From NCBI GenBank assembly GCA_034440375.1, contig JAWXBZ010000114.1:1-14304 (forward strand): 14,304 nt of DNA, in the 5' to 3' direction. Made by a program: the position numbers and the translations under genes. Below are positions 8,151-14,304 of the stretch, piece by piece. Source of the DNA: Candidatus Eiseniibacteriota bacterium (GTDB lineage: Bacteria > Eisenbacteria > RBG-16-71-46 > JABDJR01 > JAWXBZ01). The notes beneath the pieces are model-generated. The model did not search any database and was not told the DNA's origin. It saw only the letters and a list, made by a program, of their open reading frames with translations. The stretch's first letter is position 1, and every line of letters begins with the position of its first letter.

Positions 8151-8900
8151 CTACCAGTCCTTGTCCACATCCCGTTTGCGGCGGGAGGTCATGCGGGCCT
8201 TGATCATGTCCTTCTCGTTGGCCTTCAGGGCATCCAGAAGCCTTTCCGCCTGTTCCTTCGACATCTGGGCGGCCGGCCGGGGTTTCGGGGGCTCCTGGTT
8301 TTCGTCCGGCTGCGGTTGATCCTGCTGCTGATTCTGCTGATCCTGCTGCTGCTTTTGCTCCTCGTCCTTTTGCTCCTGATCTTTTTTCTGTTGGTCATTC
8401 TGGTCTTGTTGATCGTTCTTCTGGTCCTGCTTCTGGTCCTGCTTCTGGTTTTTTTTCTCTTGATCCTGCTGCTGCTTCTTCCGCTTTGCCAGTTCGTAAT
8501 TGAACTTGGCGTTTTCATCCGAGGGGTCGGTCAGGATGGCTCTCTTCCAGGCGTCCAGGGCCTCGTCGAGCTTCTGTCCGTCGAAGAGGGCATTGCCGGC
8601 ATTGTAGTAGGCCGGTGCCTGCACCTCCCGACGCGGATCGGTGGTGGCCGAAATCAACGCCGAGAGCGCCTCATCCCCCTTCTTCTGCGAAAGGAGCGCC
8701 GTGCCGCGATTGAACGTCAGCCGCTTCTCGGCCGGCATGGCCTCGAGAGCCCGCGCGAACTCACCGGCGGCCTGGTCGTAATCCCCCTTTTTCCAGGCGG
8801 TGTTCCCTTTTCGATTAGCCTCGGGCCCCGGCGCCCAGAGCGGCGGCAGGCCAACGGCCAGGAGAAGTGCCAGCATCCAGCTTCGATCAGAAGCGCCCAC
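8151..8900 (-). CDS. batC: BatC-like TPR protein with Q/D/K-rich linker
   Basis: TPRs (FNRGTAL; YYNAGNALF; AKFNYELA), low-complexity Q/D/K tract, then MSKEQAERLLDAL and terminal VDKDW typical of BatC. SD AAGGAG at 8905-8910 precedes GTG 8900. Confidence 0.88.
   Translation of the reverse strand: MGASDRSWMLALLLAVGLPPLWAPGPEANRKGNTAWKKGDYDQAAGEFARALEAMPAEKRLTFNRGTALLSQKKGDEALSALISATTDPRREVQAPAYYNAGNALFDGQKLDEALDAWKRAILTDPSDENAKFNYELAKRKKQQQDQEKKNQKQDQKQDQKNDQQDQNDQQKKDQEQKDEEQKQQQDQQNQQQDQPQPDENQEPPKPRPAAQMSKEQAERLLDALKANEKDMIKARMTSRRKRDVDKDW
8418..8449 (-). repeat. 12-bp tandem repeat (~2.7 copies) encoding QKQD units in batC
   Basis: + strand CTTCTGGTCCTG at 8418-8429 and 8430-8441, partial copy at 8442-8449, adjoining a T8 run (8449-8456). 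Confidence 0.85.
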
Positions 8901-9909
8901 GCCACTCCTTTCGCCGTCCGCCGGACGGTGTGATGAGAAATCCGAACAGGGCCAGGATGCCGAGCCCAGCGAAGAACTGAAATCGTTCCTCGTAGTGCGT
9001 ACGCAATCCCGCCTTCATCTCCTGCTGATCCATTCCCTCGAGGCTGCGGACGATGGCCCCGACCTCGCCACCGGCCAGCGTGGCCGGAAAGTAATTGCCG
9101 CCCGTGGCCGATGCGATATCGCGCAGCGTTGATTCGTCCAGTCGGGAGAGGACGACCTCGCCTGAGCGATCCTTCTTGTATCCGGCCACGGAACCATCCT
9201 CGTTCCATTCGGGAAGGGGTTCCCCGGCGGGCGTGCCAACGCCGATCGTGTGGATGATGACGCCGGCCTCGCTGGCCGCCTTCAACGCATCGGCGAGATC
9301 CGGATCGCGCGCCTCCCCGTCCGAGAGGATGACCACGGCGCGGCTGCGGGAGCCCTCGCTCGGAAAAGACTTCACGGTGGTACGGATGGCCGCCGCCAGG
9401 TTGCTCCCCGGCACCGGCAGCATTCCGGCTTCGATCGTGTCGAGAAACAGTCGCGCGGCACCATAGTCCAGTGTCAACGGGCACAGCAGGAACGCCGTCC
9501 CCTCGAAAATGACGATGCCGACCCGGTCGCCTCGAAGTTCGTTAATCAGGTCGATCATTTCCCGGCGGGCCCGCGCCAGCCGGTTCGGCACGACATCCGC
9601 CGCGTTCATGCTGGCCGAAGTGTCAAGCGCCAGAACAAGATCAATGCCGCTTCGCTTGACCTGCACCTTGCGCGAGCCGAGCTGGGGGCGCGCGGCGCCG
9701 AGCAGGCACGCCGCCAGCGTCAGGAGCGGAAGGCCGATGAGGAGCCACTTGCGCCAGGCCGGAATGACCGGTGCCACCCGGCTCCAGAGCGGATCGTCGG
9801 CCAGCCGGCGTGTACGACGCAACGCCCCCGTCGCCCGGATGGCGACGAGAACCATCAGGACAATCACCACCGGAAGTAATTTCAAGAAGATTGGATCGCC
9901 CCACTTCAT
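8887..9909 (-). CDS. batB: BatB-like VWA domain membrane protein
   Basis: Two N-terminal TMs, ARPQLG, MIDAS DTSASM, DVVPNRL, GDRVGIVIF, CPLTLDY, ILSDGE, VVLSRLDE, YEERFQ and a C-terminal TM. ATGA overlap with batA. Confidence 0.9.
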   Translation of the reverse strand: MKWGDPIFLKLLPVVIVLMVLVAIRATGALRRTRRLADDPLWSRVAPVIPAWRKWLLIGLPLLTLAACLLGAARPQLGSRKVQVKRSGIDLVLALDTSASMNAADVVPNRLARARREMIDLINELRGDRVGIVIFEGTAFLLCPLTLDYGAARLFLDTIEAGMLPVPGSNLAAAIRTTVKSFPSEGSRSRAVVILSDGEARDPDLADALKAASEAGVIIHTIGVGTPAGEPLPEWNEDGSVAGYKKDRSGEVVLSRLDESTLRDIASATGGNYFPATLAGGEVGAIVRSLEGMDQQEMKAGLRTHYEERFQFFAGLGILALFGFLITPSGGRRKEWRGRF

Positions 9910-10910
9910 GGCAGCCTCGACAAGAAAGTGGCGCGCCCAAGAATGAGGAGTGCCAGAAAACCGCTCGCCCAGGCCAGCAACTGCGGGCCGAGATCCGCGT
10001 AATCGATGTACTCCCGGCTTTCGACCGTCGTTTTTTCCAACCGGTCGATGCGCGCATAAATTTCCGTCAATGCCCCGGTGGACGTGGCCCGAAAGTAGAG
10101 GCCCCCGGTCTTTTCGGCGATGGTCGTCAGCGTGGCGTCATCGACATCGGATGGCACCCGCACGTAGCGACGGCCGAACAGCGGATCATCGACCGGATAA
10201 GGAGCCTCACCCTGCACGCCGACACCGATCGTGTAGATCTTGATGCCGAGCGCGGCCGCCGCATCGGCCGCGGTGATCGGATCGACGGCACCCGAGTTGT
10301 TCCGGCCGTCGGTGAGCAGGACGATCACCTTGCTCTTCGCCTCGCTCTCGCGGAGTCGATTGACCGCCGTGGCAATGGCGCTGCCGATGGCGGTGCCGTC
10401 CGGTTCAATGCCGAAATCGATCGACTGGATCAAATCCTGGAGGACGCCCTGGTCCAGCGTCAGCGGGCACTGGGTGAACGCCTCACCGGCAAAGACGACG
10501 ACACCGATTCGGTCGCCATCACGCCCCTCGACGAACTGGCCGGCCACCTGCTTGGCCACGAACAGCCGGTTATTCGGCTGAAAGTCTTCGGCGCGCATCG
10601 ATCCCGAGCCATCAATGACCACAATCATGTCGATCCCCTCGCTCTTGATGTCCATTTCGCGCGTGCCCGACTGCGGGCGCGCCATGGCGGTGACGAGGAG
10701 GACGAAGGCCAGCCAGGGCAGGAAGCCGAGCAGTCGATCCGCAACGGTCCGCCAGCTCCCGCCGTCGATCCAGCGACCGGCATCGGCCCAGAGGACCGTC
10801 GGCTGCGCCCCGCGCCGCCACCAGCGAAACACAACGAGGACAGGTATCAAGAGAAAGAGCAGCAGAAAGAGCGGCTCCGCGAACCGGAAATCGCCCGGCA
10901 ACAGGTTCAT
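9906..10910 (-). CDS. batA: BatA-like VWA domain membrane protein
   Basis: BatA-type N-terminus (FRFAEPLFLLLFLLIP), MARPQ, MIDAS DGSGSM, DRIGVVVFAGEAFTQCPLTLD, DGTAIG, LLTDGRNNSG, IYTIGVG, TGGLYFRAT. Confidence 0.92.
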   Translation of the reverse strand: MNLLPGDFRFAEPLFLLLFLLIPVLVVFRWWRRGAQPTVLWADAGRWIDGGSWRTVADRLLGFLPWLAFVLLVTAMARPQSGTREMDIKSEGIDMIVVIDGSGSMRAEDFQPNNRLFVAKQVAGQFVEGRDGDRIGVVVFAGEAFTQCPLTLDQGVLQDLIQSIDFGIEPDGTAIGSAIATAVNRLRESEAKSKVIVLLTDGRNNSGAVDPITAADAAAALGIKIYTIGVGVQGEAPYPVDDPLFGRRYVRVPSDVDDATLTTIAEKTGGLYFRATSTGALTEIYARIDRLEKTTVESREYIDYADLGPQLLAWASGFLALLILGRATFLSRLP

Positions 10911-11989
10911 GAAGCCCCCTCGTTCGACCGGGGCTCATCGGCGGCCGGCGGGGTTGGAGTGGCCGTTTCCGGTGTCGTCTTCGTTGGCGTCACCGTTGGC
11001 GTCACCGTTGGCCGGGCCGGGGTGCCGACCAGCGGCGGGCTCATCGCCTCGCGGGCGGTCGCTTCCGCGTGAGTTTCGCGCACCCACGCCCGGGCCGTTT
11101 CGACCAGCGCCACCGCCGACTCGACCGTTGGCATCTGCTTTGCGAACTTGACCAGGTCGGCTTCCTCGAGCAGCGCGGACATGCCGGCCAGGCCGCGGAT
11201 ACTCAAGCCGTTCCGGGACAGAGAGGCCAGCAATTCGAACGACGTCTGATCGAGCGCCTCAATGCCCAGCCGTTTTTCGACGAACAGTCGCAGGATGTCC
11301 AACGCCTCGGTGTAGTGCTCCTTGAAAAGCCCCCGCAAGGCGTACCCCCTGGCCATGAGCGTGTCCAGCGACTCCAGCGCCACCAGCTCGGCCGGGCGCA
11401 CGACGATGGGCGCGGCCACAACGGCGGGCCGGACGACAGGACGATTCCGCCATCGTTGGTACAGCCACCAGCCCAGAAGTCCCAGTGCCACGAGCACGAG
11501 GAAATACCCCAGGGCCGTCCGCCAGCGGAACTCCCGGGACAGCTCAAGTGGTGGATGCGCCGCCCGGATGGTCATGGAATCGACGGCCGCCGAATCAGCC
11601 GGCAGGAGGCTCTCGACCGTGATCCGGTAGGGGCGCGTCCGGATCGGGGTCGCACCCGCCGTCACCGGCACATCGAACGCCGGAATTTCCAGCGAACCAA
11701 CATCGAACGCCGCCAGGTGCAGGGTGAGGCGCGGTCGCCCGTCGATTGTTCCGATCTCGGACCCGAGCACATCGAATGGCCCGAGCGTATCGAGGGGCGC
11801 AGGCAACGCCAGGGAGGTGCCGCCCGGGCCGGTCACGCTGACCTGGATGGAATCGCCGATTCGCACCACCGACGGCTCCACGGTCATGTCGACGCCGGGA
11901 GCCAGCACGATGTTCGACCCCTCTGCGAACGCCCCGTGAGGCGCCATGAGCAACAGGCCGGTGAGAAACAGCCGGACCCGACGCGTCAT
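10907..11989 (-). CDS. Bat-operon single-pass membrane protein (signal peptide, beta-sandwich, TM, helical domain; DUF4381-like position)
   Basis: Signal peptide ending AFA, beta-rich domain (VRIGDSIQVSV; LAAFDVGSLEIPAF), TM (ALGYFLVLVALGLLGWWLY), EADLVKFAK motif. ATGA overlaps with both neighbours, in the usual slot between DUF58 and batA. Confidence 0.8.
   Translation of the reverse strand: MTRRVRLFLTGLLLMAPHGAFAEGSNIVLAPGVDMTVEPSVVRIGDSIQVSVTGPGGTSLALPAPLDTLGPFDVLGSEIGTIDGRPRLTLHLAAFDVGSLEIPAFDVPVTAGATPIRTRPYRITVESLLPADSAAVDSMTIRAAHPPLELSREFRWRTALGYFLVLVALGLLGWWLYQRWRNRPVVRPAVVAAPIVVRPAELVALESLDTLMARGYALRGLFKEHYTEALDILRLFVEKRLGIEALDQTSFELLASLSRNGLSIRGLAGMSALLEEADLVKFAKQMPTVESAVALVETARAWVRETHAEATAREAMSPPLVGTPARPTVTPTVTPTKTTPETATPTPPAADEPRSNEGAS
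10982..11012 (-). repeat. 12-bp tandem repeat (~2.6 copies) encoding PTVT units
   Basis: + strand CGTTGGCGTCAC at 10982-10993 and 10994-11005, partial CGTTGGC at 11006-11012. Confidence 0.85.
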
Positions 11990-12861
11990 CGCTTCTTCTC
12001 CCGTCCGGAAAAAAACTGGATCAGCGGCCGGGCGTAAGGCTCATTGGTGGTCAGTTCGATCGCCTCGACCTGAGACTCTTTCAGCGCCTGCCGGAAGGCG
12101 GCGTCACGCTCGGCGCGGCGCTCGGCGAAGCGGGCGCGGACGCGTCTGGCGGAAGTGTCGACCAGCTGCCGCCGACCGGTTTCGGGGTCCTCCATCATGA
12201 CCAGACCCACGTTTGGCAGGGCCCGTTCATGCGGATCGCCAATGCGAATGGCCACCAGGTCGTGCCGGCGCCCGGCCAGTTTGAAGGCCCGCTCGTACCC
12301 CTCGGTTTCGAAATCCGAGATGAGAAACACGACGGCCTTGCGCTTCTGGACGCGGGCCAGGTGCTCGAGCGCCGCCGAGATGCGGGTGCCGCGACGCCGG
12401 GGCTTGAAGTAGAGAATCTCGCGGATGACGCGAAGCACATGCCGCTTCCCCTTCCTGGGCGGCACGAACTGTTCGACGTCGTCGGTGAAGAGGATGAGGC
12501 CGACCTTGTCGTTGTTGCTGACCGCGCTGAAGGCCAGTACCGCGGCCACCTCCGCCGCCATGTCCGCCTTGAGTCGGCCGCGCGTGCCGAAATCGCCCGA
12601 CGCCGAGATGTCGACCAGCAGGATGACCGTGAGTTCGCGCTCTTCGGCGAAAATCTTGATGAACGGCTGTCCGAATCGCGCGGTGACGTTCCAGTCGATG
12701 GCCCGGATGTCATCGCCCGGTACATACTCCCGGACCTCGGCAAACTCCATCCCCCGTCCCTTGAAGACGGAATGGTATTCGCCGCCGAAGACATCGTTCA
12801 CCAGTCGCCGGGTTCGGATCTCAATTCGCCGGACCTGGCGGAGCACTTCACGTGGAATCAT
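11986..12861 (-). CDS. DUF58 domain protein (VWA-like MoxR partner)
   Basis: GEYHSVFKGRGMEFAEVREYVPGDDIRAIDWNVTAR, EERE, MIDAS-like DISAS, FLISDF. Directly follows moxR. Confidence 0.93.
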   Translation of the reverse strand: MIPREVLRQVRRIEIRTRRLVNDVFGGEYHSVFKGRGMEFAEVREYVPGDDIRAIDWNVTARFGQPFIKIFAEERELTVILLVDISASGDFGTRGRLKADMAAEVAAVLAFSAVSNNDKVGLILFTDDVEQFVPPRKGKRHVLRVIREILYFKPRRRGTRISAALEHLARVQKRKAVVFLISDFETEGYERAFKLAGRRHDLVAIRIGDPHERALPNVGLVMMEDPETGRRQLVDTSARRVRARFAERRAERDAAFRQALKESQVEAIELTTNEPYARPLIQFFSGREKKR

Positions 12862-12904
12862 CGCGTCTCAGTGATCGGGGATGGACCGGGCGCCGGGCGG
12901 CGCC

Positions 12905-13888
12905 TCAGGGAACTTCGACCTTGTCGAGAATGCGCCGCGCCACCTCATCCGAGGTGATGTCCTCGGCCTCGGCTTCGTAGGTGACTATGACCCGGTGCCG
13001 CAGCACGTCGAGGCCGATCGCCTTGACATCCTCGGGCGTCACGTAACCGCGGCCGCGCAGCGCCGCATGGGCCCGCGCCGCCATGGCCAGGTAGATGGTG
13101 GCGCGCGGTGAGGCGCCAAAGGCGATGAGCGGCGCCAGATCGAGGCCGGCCGCCTCCGGTTCGCGCGTGGCGAAGACGATGTCGACGATGTACTTCTTGA
13201 TCTTGTCGTCCATGTAGACGTCCCGGACGACCTGGCGCATCCTGAGGATCGTCTCGGGCTTCATGACCGGCTGGATCGGTGCCGGGGGGGTCCCCGTCTG
13301 GCGATCGAGGATGTCGCGTTCCTCCTCGCGCGTCGGGTAACCGACCTTCAGCTTCAACATGAACCGATCAACCTGGGCCTCAGGGAGCGGATAGGTCCCC
13401 TCCTGTTCGATCGGATTTTGCGTGGCCAGCACCAGGAACGGCTCGGGCAGTGGAAATGTCTTCCCGCCGATCGTGACATGCCGCTCCTGCATGGCTTCCA
13501 GTAGAGCGGACTGCACCTTGGCCGGTGCCCGATTGATCTCGTCTGCCAGGAGAAGGTTTGTAAAAACCGGCCCCTGCTTCACGCTGAACGAGCCGTCCTT
13601 CGGGTTGTAGACCTGTGTTCCGGTCAGGTCGGCCGGCAACAGATCGGGCGTGAACTGAACCCGTGCGAAGCCCGTTTCAATCGCGGCGGCCAGCGTCTTG
13701 ATGGCCGTCGTCTTGGCCAGACCGGGCACCCCCTCCAGGAGGACGTGTCCATCGGCCAGCAACGAGATCAGGAGCCGATCAATCATGTATTTCTGACCCA
13801 CAATGACCCGGGCCACTTCGTCGGCCAGGAGGGACAGCGAGGCGCTCTCCGCCTTGACTCGCTCATTCAACGCCACGACATCAAACAT
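12905..13888 (-). CDS. moxR: MoxR-family AAA+ ATPase, 327 aa
   Basis: Walker A GVPGLAKT, RVQFTPDLLPAD, Walker B LLADEINRAPAKVQSALLEAMQE, ATQNPIEQEGTYPLPEAQVDRF, GASPRA. ATG 13888 is preferred because GGAGGT lies 10 nt upstream (13899-13904). Confidence 0.95.
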   Translation of the reverse strand: MFDVVALNERVKAESASLSLLADEVARVIVGQKYMIDRLLISLLADGHVLLEGVPGLAKTTAIKTLAAAIETGFARVQFTPDLLPADLTGTQVYNPKDGSFSVKQGPVFTNLLLADEINRAPAKVQSALLEAMQERHVTIGGKTFPLPEPFLVLATQNPIEQEGTYPLPEAQVDRFMLKLKVGYPTREEERDILDRQTGTPPAPIQPVMKPETILRMRQVVRDVYMDDKIKKYIVDIVFATREPEAAGLDLAPLIAFGASPRATIYLAMAARAHAALRGRGYVTPEDVKAIGLDVLRHRVIVTYEAEAEDITSDEVARRILDKVEVP

Positions 13889-13971
13889 CCGTGGAAAAAC
13901 CTCCATAACCTGTTGTGAATTCAATCGAAAGCGACCGATGCTCAACTCCCGTCGGGGTAGTTGGGTCCGGA

Positions 13972-14000
13972 AGAATACCGGGATGGACGCCCGGGCTCAA
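13972..14000 (-). promoter_or_regulatory. Candidate sigma70-type promoter of the moxR-bat operon
   Basis: Minus strand TTGAGC (14000-13995), exactly 17 nt, then TATTCT (13977-13972). This is about 85 nt upstream of the moxR start. Confidence 0.55.
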
Positions 14001-14283
14001 GCTAGACGGAAATGACTGTAAAACTGTTGTGGTCAACCAGGGTCAGGCTGGATGGACGAATTCACCTGTTCCGGATGGCGCGGGTTCGTCGCCTTGCTGA
14101 GCTGCTGCGTCGTCGGTTCACGAAAAAGCTGTACCCACAACACATTACCCCTGAGTGGCTTAGGCGGATCGCTTAAACGAGAAGATTTTCATGCGGGATG
14201 GCTTCATGGACTGCTTTGATCCGGGTAGGAAATGGACTTTCAACTTTTTGTACGATCCCGGCGCTGCCGGTCCGGCATCGAAG

Positions 14284-14289
14284 TTGACA
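14284..14289 (+). promoter_or_regulatory. Possible -35 element of a divergent promoter
   Basis: Perfect TTGACA in non-coding DNA. The matching -10 would lie just beyond the window end, so it cannot be verified. Confidence 0.25.
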
Positions 14290-14304
14290 GATCACCCGGC
14301 TCGC

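Noticed and set aside
7968..8933. 321-aa + strand ORF with a long poly-Leu stretch resembling a membrane protein
   Set aside because: The Leu run is the reverse complement of the batC Gln/Lys codons (CAG/AAG read as CTG/CTT).
9390..9420. BatB has GSNL where the MIDAS Thr is usually found
   Set aside because: Ser is a conservative hydroxyl substitution, and DxSxS plus the distal Asp are intact, so there is no evidence of inactivation.
9771..12957. Several 240-430 aa + strand ORFs
   Set aside because: They are fully antisense to well-supported batA, membrane protein and DUF58 genes and show no motifs.
13889..14100. moxR extension to 13945 and the 61-aa + ORF at 13915-14100
   Set aside because: The SD position supports ATG 13888. 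The small ORF lacks an obvious RBS or motif and overlaps the predicted promoter.

Overview
GC-rich bacterial DNA with two convergent gene blocks. The + strand (1-2607) holds the 3' end of a GT4 glycosyltransferase and an AsnB-type glutamine amidotransferase, probably the tail of a surface-polysaccharide cluster. The - strand (13888->2588) holds one tightly coupled ~11.3 kb operon: moxR AAA+ ATPase, DUF58, a single-pass membrane protein, batA-batB-batC-batD-batE, a 794-aa AsmA-like protein, and a YghX-type dienelactone hydrolase gene with a large in-frame internal deletion of its catalytic core. The right end (13889-14304) is non-coding, with a good sigma70-like promoter for moxR, several hairpins and a possible divergent promoter. 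No rRNA, tRNA, CRISPR array or mobile element was recognised. Most notable: the core-less hydrolase, the AsmA-like gene appended to a complete Bat operon, three paralogous gene pairs inside the operon, and an 18-bp repeat array forming the BatE leader. All family calls come from motif recognition by eye; no searches were run.
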